A DNA stretch of 64,000 nt, taken from sequence record OP870147.1. One strand, 5' to 3'. Below the pieces are notes generated by a model. The model was given only the letters and a program-made list of their open reading frames with translations, was not told where the DNA came from and did not search any database. Source of the stretch: Escherichia phage vB_Eco_F31. The position numbers and the translations under genes were made by a program. Positions 19,960-29,497 of this stretch are shown here, piece by piece (position 1 is the stretch's first letter; the number at the start of each line of letters is the position of its first letter).

Positions 19960-22046
19960 TATCCTTGGACAAACTTAAACGGAACTGATTCTAAATCCAT
20001 TAAAGATGCTAACAATTTCAAACCTTTAGGTGCACTAGTTTTTTCTACAAATGAGGAGAACGATACCGGCTCATCCGATTCGATTTCACCCGTCATAGCA
20101 ACCACCTCGCCTGTTTCCATGAGAACATCACCATCGTAAATGACAGCTTCGTCCAACTGGTCCGAGGACATGACTTCAGCTTGAATAAATTTAAGGTTGG
20201 ATTCTAAACCTGCACCAGTGTCAGATGACGCATCTGTAATTTTATTTATCTGCAAGAGAATGCCTCTAGGCAAAATAATTTCTTGCTCATTAGGGTGATT
20301 ACTCAATTGGCCTGGATAAATCACGTTAACTTTATGAGCGCCATCAATAGCCCATCCAACATTAACACGAATTTGTTCTGGCGCATGCATAGCGGTACGT
20401 GCCAGGCTAGGAGAAATAGTAACACCTTCATCATTATTGTCAATGTTAAGCTCTTTTCGAACTTCTTCAGGAGCAAGTCCAAGGGCAACGTTCTCTTTAA
20501 ACCCACCGAAAATAATAGGAGCTAGTGAAGTGGAAACATAGTTTCTGAAGTAGAATACCTTATTTTTAACCATTGCTTCGTAAATAGGCATTCTGATAGA
20601 CTGAGCTCTATATAACGTTAGTCCTTCAGGTAAACGGTCTCCATTTAAAAACGCCGAATCAAGACCATCAATAGCGCGTTTAACTTCATCTTCATCTGCA
20701 ACATCGTAAAAATCTGGTTTATAACGACCTAACAACATATTATTGATATCGGTATACGCAGAAGAGGCATATTCGCGAATAGCTCGTTTTTCAGCAACAG
20801 AGTATTGTTTAGGGTCCCGATTCATTGTTATATTAAAGGTGCCTCTAGCCGATTCTCGTGCATAAGTATACATCACATTAGACAAGAACGCTGATTTACG
20901 TTGTTTCCAAGTTTTTTCAGATACTTCAGCTAAAACATCGTCGGCCAGTTGGAAATTATCACGTCTAAAATCTTCAAACCATTCGTCTTTAATAGAGTCC
21001 GCAATTTCGTTTGCAGCTTCAACAAAAGCAGCTAATGCTTTAACAGATGTTGTTTTTTCAGTTTTAATTTTCTTAGCAAACTTTTCTAAAGTTGGCTTAA
21101 TAACACTACCATAAGAAACTTCATCAGCAAATTTAAAGGATTCATCAATACGATTATAAATCTTATTTTCGATATCAGCAACTAAAGTGCCTTTTGCTGT
21201 GGACGATGCTTGGGCTAGTACGATTTCATATGCTTCAGGAAGTAATTCGGCCGTAGCTGGGCCACTAACTTCTTTAGCAGAATTTTCGTATTTCTGGAAT
21301 AACTCACCTTCTTGTCGGTCAGCTTCTAAAGATTGACTTGCTGCAATAGCACGACGAGAAATTTTAGTGCGAGCAATAACAGGTTTATCTTTACGTTTTT
21401 CTTCTACCGCGGCAATAGAACCAGCGATAGCCGTTTCTTTGGTGACCTTTTCACCGGTCTTTTTACTCACATAAACTTCGCCAACATCAGAATCTACTTT
21501 CGTATACAACTCTGTGTTAATGTTAGGGATGCCTTTAATATCTTCAATGTTGGCATTTTTACGAACCATCATCACATAGGTGTGTTTACCTGTGAATTGA
21601 TACATTGCCGACAATACTTTAAAACGACCACCGGTTTTAGTAGAAACTAAACGAGCAAGAAGAGTTTGAAGCTGTTGTCCACGTCCTTTCAATTTCTTGG
21701 TAGGGAACCGGAACAGAACTGCATCCATACGAAGAGCTTTAACCTGTTCATATACTGTATTGAAAATGGTGTTGATTGCATCAATAGGAGCAGGACCAAG
21801 GCCATTTTTCAATTCAGCGAGATTACCCTTTTCAGATAGACTCATAATAACAACATGAGCGTATTTGTCGCCAAGTTTAACTTGTTTTACGGCATCGCCT
21901 TCAGAAAGATAAGAGAATAAGCGAACTACGATGTTTGTATCGATATCACCAATTTTCCAGACTTGTGGAACTTTAGCTTTAGGGTTCAAATTGACGACAG
22001 GAAGACTGCCTTCAGATTCAAACACTTCATTTAATTGTTCAGACAT
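19959..22046 (-). CDS. alt: Alt ADP-ribosyltransferase (RNA polymerase alpha-subunit modifying, packaged protein)
   Basis: 695-aa ORF; recognisable blocks shared with T4 Alt (...VFYFRNYVSTSL..., ...LPRG..V.VNKITDAS..., C-terminal ...PFKFVQG) but more diverged than structural genes. Confidence 0.85.
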   Translation of the reverse strand: MSEQLNEVFESEGSLPVVNLNPKAKVPQVWKIGDIDTNIVVRLFSYLSEGDAVKQVKLGDKYAHVVIMSLSEKGNLAELKNGLGPAPIDAINTIFNTVYEQVKALRMDAVLFRFPTKKLKGRGQQLQTLLARLVSTKTGGRFKVLSAMYQFTGKHTYVMMVRKNANIEDIKGIPNINTELYTKVDSDVGEVYVSKKTGEKVTKETAIAGSIAAVEEKRKDKPVIARTKISRRAIAASQSLEADRQEGELFQKYENSAKEVSGPATAELLPEAYEIVLAQASSTAKGTLVADIENKIYNRIDESFKFADEVSYGSVIKPTLEKFAKKIKTEKTTSVKALAAFVEAANEIADSIKDEWFEDFRRDNFQLADDVLAEVSEKTWKQRKSAFLSNVMYTYARESARGTFNITMNRDPKQYSVAEKRAIREYASSAYTDINNMLLGRYKPDFYDVADEDEVKRAIDGLDSAFLNGDRLPEGLTLYRAQSIRMPIYEAMVKNKVFYFRNYVSTSLAPIIFGGFKENVALGLAPEEVRKELNIDNNDEGVTISPSLARTAMHAPEQIRVNVGWAIDGAHKVNVIYPGQLSNHPNEQEIILPRGILLQINKITDASSDTGAGLESNLKFIQAEVMSSDQLDEAVIYDGDVLMETGEVVAMTGEIESDEPVSFSSFVEKTSAPKGLKLLASLMDLESVPFKFVQG

Positions 22047-22087
22047 AGTGTTTTCCTTTTAGTAATAATTTATATTTATGCCAAAAA

Positions 22088-22103
22088 GAGCCCGAAGGCT
22101 CTT
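22088..22103 (-). terminator. Terminator-like hairpin between the gene 30 cluster and alt
   Basis: Minus strand AGAGCCuucgGGCUCUuuuugg. Confidence 0.55.
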
Positions 22104-22290
22104 AATCCACAATCGGAAGCAAAGTACGATAAACTTCAAAATTAGAGCCTTTTTCGTACTTATCGAAATTGTCCATAAAAATATGATAGGAATCGTTATT
22201 AGGAAAATCTAATATAATCTGAGAGCAAGAGGTGGAAACATCTCCACCATCCTTCTTAGCTACAATAACTGTTTCTAAATAAGCTTTCAT
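22102..22290 (-). CDS. Hypothetical small protein between 30 and alt
   Basis: ORF with ATG overlapping gene 30 stop (TAATG); start chosen at internal Met of ORF-track 22102..22311. Confidence 0.4.
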   Translation of the reverse strand: MKAYLETVIVAKKDGGDVSTSCSQIILDFPNNDSYHIFMDNFDKYEKGSNFEVYRTLLPIVD

Positions 22291-23783
22291 TATAAACCTG
22301 TCTGGGACCACGGTCCAAATACGTCTTCAAACGAATCCGCTTCTGTTTTATCAAAACGGAACCCTTTAATAATTGGAAGGAAAATACCTACAGTTCCTTC
22401 ACGTCCTTTAGAATGAACCCAACCATTGCATTCACAATCAGCGATACGTCCAATTAATTTACCTTCACGAGCTTCGGCCATTAATCGTTCACGGTCCAAA
22501 TCATGACGCTCATCTAAAGGAATAAGAACCTTTACACCATCAACTGTTTTATGAGTTGTATCTTTAAAACCTGAACCACAATCGGTTGTAATACGACGAC
22601 AACGTGATACGAGTTCGACACCACCTAATTTGTTAGGGTCTTTAGAGTGTTCATAGTATCCTACAACTTCTAAAGCGATATCAATAACTTCTTTAAATTT
22701 AATTAGGTTCTTAGAGCGTTTGTTTTCCCAATATGAATCACGGTTTTTAAGGATAATACCTTCAAGACCTTGGTCAACATATTTTTTATAAACCACTTTA
22801 GCTTCGTCAAGATTACGAACTAACTGATTTTCAATTGGCTCAATTCGTTTAAAGCCTTCAGCCATATTTTCAAGAGCAGCAAAACGAACATCGTATTTCT
22901 GACCTTTAATTTTGCCATCAGAATAGACTTCATCTAAAGGAACATAGTCCCAGGCTTGAAGAACCATACCTTCAGCTTCTTTAGGAGAAATAGTCCCTTG
23001 AAGAGATTTATTTGCTAAACCGTTTGAAGTGCTACGGTCCGCAACTTGTACTTCTTCGGATTCTTCATTATCACCAAATAAGAACGACAGGTCATTTCCT
23101 GAGCTCACAGCCTTTTTAATATCAAATGAATGGTAAACTAATTCACCGTCGATTAAAACCCCATTAGGGTGTCTTTCACGAGCTTCTTTAGTCATTTCCA
23201 TTAGTTCATCTGCTAATAGAGTAAGACCATGATATTCGTTGCCGGCACGAGAAAAGAATTGAACACCATCATAGCGAACTTCAGCGAAACAACGAGCACC
23301 ATCGGCTTTTAATTGAGCAAATGCAGGCCATTTAATATTTTTAGTAATCAATTTCTCATCATATGCAGATGCTAACATCTGTGGTTGCAATTGAATAAGT
23401 CCAGGCCACACCTTATTCGCGATAGACACTGAAGCACCTACTTCAAGGTCGCGCATCATTACACGACGAAGGACTTCTACATCATCAGGTTTACCGTCAG
23501 CGATATAACCCATGAGCTCTTTAATTGCAGCATTACCAGTGAGTTTACGAGTGGCTAATGTGAACTCAATAAAATCCAACATGTCATCTAATTCAAGAAG
23601 ACCATACGCTTGAGACCTTTCACCTGGTCCTGGCCATTTCTTAATATAATACTGGATACCACGTGCATATGTTAAACGATACACACGTTCAAGTAATTTG
23701 TTGTCCTTATTTTTCTTAAGGATTTCCTGTTTTGTTTTAGTAGAACCGATCGCAGCTATTTGGTTTAAAATATCTAAAATCAT
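22290..23783 (-). CDS. 30: ATP-dependent DNA ligase gp30
   Basis: 497-aa ORF with adenylation motif KADGAR and N-terminus MILDILNQIAAIGSTKTKQEILKKNKDNKLL resembling T4 DNA ligase. Confidence 0.93.
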   Translation of the reverse strand: MILDILNQIAAIGSTKTKQEILKKNKDNKLLERVYRLTYARGIQYYIKKWPGPGERSQAYGLLELDDMLDFIEFTLATRKLTGNAAIKELMGYIADGKPDDVEVLRRVMMRDLEVGASVSIANKVWPGLIQLQPQMLASAYDEKLITKNIKWPAFAQLKADGARCFAEVRYDGVQFFSRAGNEYHGLTLLADELMEMTKEARERHPNGVLIDGELVYHSFDIKKAVSSGNDLSFLFGDNEESEEVQVADRSTSNGLANKSLQGTISPKEAEGMVLQAWDYVPLDEVYSDGKIKGQKYDVRFAALENMAEGFKRIEPIENQLVRNLDEAKVVYKKYVDQGLEGIILKNRDSYWENKRSKNLIKFKEVIDIALEVVGYYEHSKDPNKLGGVELVSRCRRITTDCGSGFKDTTHKTVDGVKVLIPLDERHDLDRERLMAEAREGKLIGRIADCECNGWVHSKGREGTVGIFLPIIKGFRFDKTEADSFEDVFGPWSQTGL

Positions 23784-24049
23784 TTGATGTCCTCGATTTT
23801 GGTTACGGTTCTATTATAAGCCACTTCATCTAGAAGCGATTTCAGCGTTTTCTGATAAGTTGTAATCCATTTACCGAGTCCTTCAACATAGTATTCTGAA
23901 ATGTAGATGAACCCTTGTTCAACACACTCTTTAAATATTTCTGTGTCTTTTACTGAACGAAACAATGGCCAGTCTCGAAAGAACATGTTAACGTGACCGT
24001 AGTCACGTGTGGTATTTTTGCCATCTGTAATATCATGAACTACAAACAT
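23780..24049 (-). CDS. Hypothetical protein (T4 30.1 position)
   Basis: 89-aa ORF, start overlaps upstream stop. Confidence 0.55.
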   Translation of the reverse strand: MFVVHDITDGKNTTRDYGHVNMFFRDWPLFRSVKDTEIFKECVEQGFIYISEYYVEGLGKWITTYQKTLKSLLDEVAYNRTVTKIEDIK

Positions 24050-24058
24050 AATTAACCC

Positions 24059-24883
24059 TTAACAATTTATAGACCAAGTCCATTTAGACGAATCTAAAGG
24101 AAAGTTTTGAATCGTCCACCACGGCTGCATATCAGTTGGTCCTGGGGTTCGCCAGGTATATGGAGTACGTGTTGTCGAGGGGCCACCAATTTGATTAGGC
24201 CATGCACCTGGACTTGTTGCACCAGATTCTTTAAGCAAATCCGCCAATCGTTTTAAAAGGTCTTCACGATCTGAATCTGAATTATTCTTAGGCAGAACCA
24301 AACGAGATTCAATATCATCCCACGTGTGTACACGTTGTGCAGTACGAGGAATGGCATCACGTTCACCACGAGCCAACCAATAAATCGGTACATTAAGAAT
24401 TTCTGCCGCATGGTCACAATGATGAGCTAAATCGTCAACGTAACAAATTACGTTATATTTTGTTTTAGCTAGTTCGAATAATTGTTCCTTTGAAGAATCA
24501 TGACCACACATCATTACTTCAGAGAAAGCGCCTGGGAACAAAGCATTCAAATTAAATTGTCTATTCAATCGAGCATCAATTGAATCACCTAGCGCCGTCA
24601 CGGCTACAAAATTATAGTCTTCTTTTAGTTTATTGATAACTCGAAGAGCATCAGAATAAGGCGCTAAGTAACGAATAAAATCAGAGCTATTATATTTTTC
24701 TATTAATTGTTTACCAAGGTTATCGTCGGTATTGAACAGTTTACCAGGAGAAATAAATTTTTCGTCCTGAATCATTTTTAAAATATGTTCTAATGGAAGG
24801 TTATATTTTTGGGCAAAATAAGGAAGTCCAGATTGCCAGCTTAAACATACACCATCAATATCAGTCAAAATAGTAGGCTTCAT
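24059..24883 (-). CDS. HAD-superfamily phosphatase-like protein (T4 30.2 position)
   Basis: 274-aa ORF with N-terminal LTDIDGV motif (DxDG(T/V) HAD motif I); W/P-rich C-terminal tail. Confidence 0.55.
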   Translation of the reverse strand: MKPTILTDIDGVCLSWQSGLPYFAQKYNLPLEHILKMIQDEKFISPGKLFNTDDNLGKQLIEKYNSSDFIRYLAPYSDALRVINKLKEDYNFVAVTALGDSIDARLNRQFNLNALFPGAFSEVMMCGHDSSKEQLFELAKTKYNVICYVDDLAHHCDHAAEILNVPIYWLARGERDAIPRTAQRVHTWDDIESRLVLPKNNSDSDREDLLKRLADLLKESGATSPGAWPNQIGGPSTTRTPYTWRTPGPTDMQPWWTIQNFPLDSSKWTWSINC

Positions 24884-25347
24884 AAAGAGTCTCTTAATAG
24901 GTTTAACACGTCAATAAATTCATCTTCAGTTAGTATTGTATCATCTTTTGTTAGGTGGCTGGCCATGCTGTGCTTCAAAATTTTTCCTTTAGAGGCTTGT
25001 AAGGCATCACGAAACCCCTTGTTTTGGATCGCGGCTTCAAAATATGCATTTGTGTATAATTCTTTCCACGCTTCGGAGTATCTTGAAAATGGAACTCCTA
25101 ACCAGAAGAGAGTCCCACGGTCCTGAGCTCTTGCGTAAGACCTTCCAGCTTGCTGTGCAGCCAATCCAGACAACCCAAATATACGTCTTTGTTGTTCAAC
25201 ATTTTTCACCTTACATCCTTGGAGAAATCCTTCAAGACCTCCGAATTGAATACCATCCATAACAAAAGGCCATTGAGCAAAGTTACTTAATGCACATGAC
25301 GGCCACTTGAAATTACTTCTTATTTCTAATTCAGACATCTTTAACAC
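24880..25347 (-). CDS. Hypothetical protein (T4 30.3 position)
   Basis: 155-aa ORF, overlapping stop/start. Confidence 0.55.
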   Translation of the reverse strand: MLKMSELEIRSNFKWPSCALSNFAQWPFVMDGIQFGGLEGFLQGCKVKNVEQQRRIFGLSGLAAQQAGRSYARAQDRGTLFWLGVPFSRYSEAWKELYTNAYFEAAIQNKGFRDALQASKGKILKHSMASHLTKDDTILTEDEFIDVLNLLRDSL

Positions 25348-25549
25348 TTATAATTTCAACATCAGCCCAATGTCCGTATCCAGGTATACGGTCTTCGATA
25401 GATAAATTTCTGTCATTTTTAGGCATTTTAATTGACGTAACGTATGGTTCTAAACGGTTTTCCGCGTAATATGGAAAAACGTCGGTTACACGATAAGTAA
25501 CTTCAATCATTTCCATACCAAACAATTTCTGGATTAATTTATTCAACAT
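25331..25549 (-). CDS. Hypothetical protein
   Basis: 72-aa ORF in 30.x cluster. Confidence 0.45.
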   Translation of the reverse strand: MLNKLIQKLFGMEMIEVTYRVTDVFPYYAENRLEPYVTSIKMPKNDRNLSIEDRIPGYGHWADVEIISVKDV

Positions 25550-25736
25550 GTTTCAACCCTTTAATAGGAGATAACTCTTTACCCATACGTATGTCAGAAG
25601 TCCCATCAACCCATTGAACAGCATACGCTTCATTGATAATTCCAGCGGCAGTTTTAAATTCGTTGAGAACTTTAAAAATCATCCCAGGGATTCCAACACC
25701 TTTTAATTGGACTGTTTGTGCTATTAAAAATTTCAT
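25539..25736 (-). CDS. Hypothetical protein
   Basis: 65-aa ORF in 30.x cluster. Confidence 0.45.
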   Translation of the reverse strand: MKFLIAQTVQLKGVGIPGMIFKVLNEFKTAAGIINEAYAVQWVDGTSDIRMGKELSPIKGLKHVE

Positions 25737-25790
25737 ATTTTTCCACTTACTAAAGAAATCATTATACTCTAATCCGTCCTTGGATGTACA

Positions 25791-26405
25791 CTACTTAATG
25801 AAATTAATTTCTACCGGATGAACAACAGGTTGAGCAGTGATATATTGAGTAATTGCTTTCATGACTAGAGCTTCAGAACCAGGATTTTTCTCAACGAATT
25901 CACGTGCTAGGTTATGAGCTTCGAGTTCACTCAATAAACCGGAACGCTGGCATCCACGGTCTTGAGTACCCTGTTCAGATAAAAGGACTACTACATATTT
26001 TTCATCGTCGTAGGGCTTAGCCAGTTGAGCAAATGTTCCTTTACTTCCAAAAGGAGAGTTATGTCGCCACATCACACCGTGAGGAGTTTCAACCTTCGTA
26101 TATTCGTGCGGTCCATTTTTCTTAGTTTCTTGATGTGGAACTTCATAGACCTTAGGGTTAGGACATTCAATAAAATGCTCATCTAAATCGGTCGAGAATA
26201 TTAAAGTAAAACAATTACTGAATTTACCAACACCGGCCTGATAAATTTTACCTTCAGAAGTTCTAATTTCACAAACTGAGCCGGCATCAGTAACTTCTAA
26301 AACTTCAAAAGGCTCAATAAGGTCATATGAGAACATGTTTTTAAGGCGTGGAGTAATATCCCCATTTTTAAAATTCATTTTATAAAAAGTATTAACTTTA
26401 AACAT
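25791..26405 (-). CDS. Hypothetical protein; start moved to internal ATG with RBS
   Basis: ORF-track start 26435 lies inside hairpin 26418-26433; ATG at 26405 is preceded by GAGGA (MFKVNTFYK...). Confidence 0.5.
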   Translation of the reverse strand: MFKVNTFYKMNFKNGDITPRLKNMFSYDLIEPFEVLEVTDAGSVCEIRTSEGKIYQAGVGKFSNCFTLIFSTDLDEHFIECPNPKVYEVPHQETKKNGPHEYTKVETPHGVMWRHNSPFGSKGTFAQLAKPYDDEKYVVVLLSEQGTQDRGCQRSGLLSELEAHNLAREFVEKNPGSEALVMKAITQYITAQPVVHPVEINFIK

Positions 26406-26417
26406 AATTTCCTCAGT

Positions 26418-26433
26418 GGGAGCCGAAGCTCCC
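26418..26433 (-). other. Intercistronic UUCG hairpin between two 30.x genes, no U-tract
   Basis: Minus strand GGGAGCuucgGCUCCC directly upstream of RBS GAGGA. Confidence 0.5.
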
Positions 26434-26440
26434 AATTAAT

Positions 26441-26806
26441 TTAGATATCAAATTCGTTAAGAACTACATCAAAGATTGCTTCGAGATGTTCAGGTTTAGC
26501 TCGGTTACTCAGGATATGACGAATCCAAGTTTTAACCAGAAGTTTACGATTAACACCATTCCAGCAAGGATGAGTACCTAAATCACGCTGACGGAAATCA
26601 TCATCTAATGCAATTTTAAAATTTGAACCTTCCATCGTGATTGAAACCGTGATACCATTTTCAAATCGCATATAAACGTAATTAGGAGTCATGCACTGTT
26701 CGATTTCACAAACTGTACCGTTTTCGTGTTTCCATAAGCAAATAACTTCAGAAGAACCAGCAATACCGTTAGAAACATATTTACGTTCGAAGTTGGTGTA
26801 GTTCAT
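26441..26806 (-). CDS. Hypothetical protein
   Basis: 121-aa ORF with early promoter 26835-26876 upstream. Confidence 0.55.
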   Translation of the reverse strand: MNYTNFERKYVSNGIAGSSEVICLWKHENGTVCEIEQCMTPNYVYMRFENGITVSITMEGSNFKIALDDDFRQRDLGTHPCWNGVNRKLLVKTWIRHILSNRAKPEHLEAIFDVVLNEFDI

Positions 26807-26834
26807 TTTATTCTCCAGATGTTTAAGTTGTTTG

Positions 26835-26876
26835 TTGGTACAGGTCTATAATAACATAACCTGTACCAAAGTAAAC
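26835..26876 (-). promoter_or_regulatory. Early promoter with perfect 10-bp inverted repeat flanking the -10
   Basis: Plus TTGGTACAGGtctataataacataaCCTGTACCAAagGTAAAC; minus GTTTAC-N17-TATTAT. Confidence 0.55.
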
Positions 26877-26880
26877 TGGT

Positions 26881-27249
26881 TTATGCAACTTTAATCCAAT
26901 TGTCTAAATTTAAAACACCTTTGGCTTTCATTTTTTCTATCAGGTTATCTGCTGTAATGCGTCCATTTTGATACCATGTAACATCTTCAGAGTAACCAGT
27001 TTCTTCGTCAACATATGTTTCTGAACGAATTTTACCGGTAATAATAGTTTTTAATTCGTATGTGTCACCTGTGAAAAAGTTTGCTAACACAATTTTCCAA
27101 GAGAAATCATCAGAAGGACCTTCAGGGGTCATACAACCTACGAACTCAAATTGCTCTTTGTATAACATCCACTGGAATTCTTTAATTTCGATAGCTTTAT
27201 AACCATCGTGGTCTTTACATTTGATGTATGAGTTCAGATTGATTTTCAT
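26881..27249 (-). CDS. Hypothetical protein
   Basis: 122-aa ORF with early promoter 27292-27320 upstream. Confidence 0.55.
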   Translation of the reverse strand: MKINLNSYIKCKDHDGYKAIEIKEFQWMLYKEQFEFVGCMTPEGPSDDFSWKIVLANFFTGDTYELKTIITGKIRSETYVDEETGYSEDVTWYQNGRITADNLIEKMKAKGVLNLDNWIKVA

Positions 27250-27291
27250 TTTGTTCTCCAGGTTGTTTTATTGATTAGATGGTACAAGTCT

Positions 27292-27320
27292 ATAGTAACA
27301 CATCCTACAGGAGAGTAAAC
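27292..27320 (-). promoter_or_regulatory. Early promoter (GTTTAC-N17-TACTAT)
   Basis: Minus strand GTTTACtctcctgtaggatgtgtTACTAT. Confidence 0.5.
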
Positions 27321-27356
27321 ATCTTTTTAAACTTTTTCTGCCCTAAACGCACAAAA

Positions 27357-27374
27357 GGGAGACCGAAGTCTCCC
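27357..27374 (-). terminator. Terminator after the 59-aa basic protein gene
   Basis: Minus strand GGGAGACuucgGUCUCCCuuuugug. Confidence 0.65.
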
Positions 27375-27379
27375 TAAAA

Positions 27380-27559
27380 TTATGCAACAACCTTTCCAAA
27401 ACGAGAAGCATCATCTCGAAGAACTGCACGTGCTCTGCGCATGATCTTCTCAACTGTTTGATTAATACGAGAGTTCGACCCACGCTTGTATCCAGCGCGT
27501 TTAGAGGTACCATCAACTTTCTTTTCAACTGCTTTCTTTGCTTTAGCTTGTTTTGCCAT
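27380..27559 (-). CDS. Small lysine-rich basic protein (59 aa), not in the ORF track
   Basis: MAKQAKAKKAVEKKVDGTSKRAGYKRGSNSRINQTVEKIMRRARAVLRDDASRFGKVVA*; ends just before UUCG terminator 27357-27374; preferred over overlapping 27343..27528 frame. Confidence 0.5.
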   Translation of the reverse strand: MAKQAKAKKAVEKKVDGTSKRAGYKRGSNSRINQTVEKIMRRARAVLRDDASRFGKVVA

Positions 27560-27854
27560 TATAAATTCTCTTTAAATGAAAATGCAGGACTTATTGACAT
27601 TGCCTGCGCAAGCCCTCAAGGGGAACATAGGTTTTGGATATTTAACGACAGGATAACCATAAACCCGTCATTATACCAACCACGACTTAGACAGATAACC
27701 TTTTTCTGACGCGTGATAGTACAAAATACATTCAAGAGGTACACCGTAAAACTGCCGGGGCCTTAAAACTATAATGATTCGCAAATCATTAATCAGACAG
27801 TTCGACGGCTCCTCGATTTTCTAGCCGCACTTAAGGTAGCGAATCACCTAAAAC

Positions 27855-28103
27855 TTATTTAAGGGTAATAACAAAATGACGTACTGCTTTACGAGCTGCA
27901 GAAGCCAAAGGCTTAGCATATTTCAGTTCATCTTTTGCTTCCAGTTCAGAGGCCAAAGCTGCCTGTACCGGGTTCAGATGTTTGAAATAATGCAGGATTT
28001 CCAGTGCTTCGGCTTCAACATCAATCGACGCGCCGTAGTTTTCGTGACCGTTATTCCATGCGTTTCGTTGCAGTTCAAGAGCGTGTTGTAATTGTTTAAT
28101 CAT
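27855..28103 (-). CDS. rIII: rIII lysis inhibition accessory protein
   Basis: 82-aa ORF MIKQLQHALELQRNAWNNGHENYGASIDVEAEALEIL... matching T4 RIII in size and sequence as recalled. Confidence 0.88.
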   Translation of the reverse strand: MIKQLQHALELQRNAWNNGHENYGASIDVEAEALEILHYFKHLNPVQAALASELEAKDELKYAKPLASAARKAVRHFVITLK

Positions 28104-28227
28104 TTTAAATTCTCAATTCGAGATAATATTTAGTAGCCACGTTCGTCTGAATTTCACCTTCTTTCGACAAGTCTCTCAGTTGTAGGCTACCGCTTAGAAG
28201 AGTGTTCTCTTCATATAGTTATTTATA

Positions 28228-28560
28228 TCACTTATAAAGACACGGAATAGCTTTATAGTGGCATGTTACGAATTTCTGTTTAATTTCTTTAGGTTGTTTA
28301 AGTCCCAAAGCCACAAATGGATGTGGAACATTTCGAATTTGTCCAACTGGTAGTGGAGTCAAATCACCGACTTCAACAAAACCTTCAGGAACATCAGGAC
28401 CTACAGAATGAACTACACATAGTTCAGGAACTTCACCTTGAACACGTTTACCAATCACAAGTCCTGATTCGGTAACTTCTTCATCACCTGCTTGAGCGGG
28501 TTCAGAAACCAGAATGACATATTCACCAACAGCACGAATTGGGAGTTGTACTTCGGACAT
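28228..28560 (-). CDS. 31: Co-chaperonin gp31 (GroES analogue for capsid folding)
   Basis: 110-aa [37 protein letters not shown]...[10 protein letters not shown] near-identical to T4 gp31; MotA-box middle promoter upstream. Confidence 0.95.
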   Translation of the reverse strand: MSEVQLPIRAVGEYVILVSEPAQAGDEEVTESGLVIGKRVQGEVPELCVVHSVGPDVPEGFVEVGDLTPLPVGQIRNVPHPFVALGLKQPKEIKQKFVTCHYKAIPCLYK

Positions 28561-28590
28561 CTTATTTCCTTGTTGTTTGACGATAGATTA

Positions 28591-28615
28591 ATAATACCAT
28601 ACTATTCGTAAAGCA
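28591..28615 (-). promoter_or_regulatory. MotA-dependent middle promoter for gene 31
   Basis: Minus strand aTGCTTTAcgaatagtatggTATTAT: MotA box, 11-nt gap, -10. Confidence 0.55.
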
Positions 28616-28617
28616 TA

Positions 28618-28926
28618 TTACATAAGAAGCAAACGTTCTACCGGAGTACCATCAACCGAAATTACTTTATCAAGGCGGAAAGAACGCCACTGACCTAACT
28701 TGGTATCGAATGCTCGAACTGATTCACGAGGTTCAGAACGAACTTCTGATGCCGGATTGTTATTTTCATATTTGACTTCAAGTTCATCGCGAGAAGCAAA
28801 CATAGTGCGTACCTCACCGTTAGCCTTTTCAAATACAACACAATGAACGCCTACAGACAGAATAGTTTTAATACGTTCACGAAGAACCATAGTTTCTTGT
28901 TCAGTTAAAATCATATTATTCACCAC
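28618..28926 (-). CDS. Hypothetical protein (T4 31.1 position)
   Basis: 102-aa ORF between cd and 31. Confidence 0.55.
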   Translation of the reverse strand: MVNNMILTEQETMVLRERIKTILSVGVHCVVFEKANGEVRTMFASRDELEVKYENNNPASEVRSEPRESVRAFDTKLGQWRSFRLDKVISVDGTPVERLLLM

Positions 28927-29497
28927 AAAAGTTTCGGATTTGTTCCCAATTCAGAGAACGAAGATTATTACGAGAGTACTGAATTACTTCAATACCGGCT
29001 TGTTTTAGAATGTCTGCCCAATTTTCAGGAGATCGGTCGTATAATTCTGCATATACAACCTTTTTAATACCTGACTGTGTAATAGCTTTAGTGCAATCAG
29101 GACACGGAGAAAGCGTCGTATATAACGTAGCACCTTCAATAGAATTACCTTTACGAGCTGCAAATAAAATTGCATTCAGTTCAGCATGGATTTCATTATT
29201 AGCAGACCATGCACTATGAGCGGCCCGATGTTCTTTAGCCAAAACAAAATTATCCACCCGTCCAAATGCTGTAGTGCCTTCTTTATGCCCAGCAACGATG
29301 ACCGGGCTTGGTTTATTCTTCAACCAACCGTTTTCGGATGCATGTTCGCAACAGTTTGTACCACCTGAAGGAGAGCCATTATAACCTGTAGAAATAATGC
29401 GTCCATCTTTTTCAATGACGGCGCCAACTTTCCATGAACAACATTTTGATTCTTGAGAAATCAGATATGCAATCTGAAGGTATGTGCTAGCTTTCAT
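28916..29497 (-). CDS. cd: dCMP deaminase
   Basis: 193-aa ORF; zinc-binding cytidine/dCMP deaminase motifs HAELNAI and SPCPDC; matches T4 Cd length. Confidence 0.93.
   Translation of the reverse strand: MKASTYLQIAYLISQESKCCSWKVGAVIEKDGRIISTGYNGSPSGGTNCCEHASENGWLKNKPSPVIVAGHKEGTTAFGRVDNFVLAKEHRAAHSAWSANNEIHAELNAILFAARKGNSIEGATLYTTLSPCPDCTKAITQSGIKKVVYAELYDRSPENWADILKQAGIEVIQYSRNNLRSLNWEQIRNFCGE

Noticed and set aside
27343-27528. 61-aa ORF-track frame MKRKLMVPLNALDTS...
   Set aside because: It overlaps the 59-aa lysine-rich frame (27380..27559), which has a proper start context and ends right before the terminator; this frame has random composition and begins inside the terminator region.
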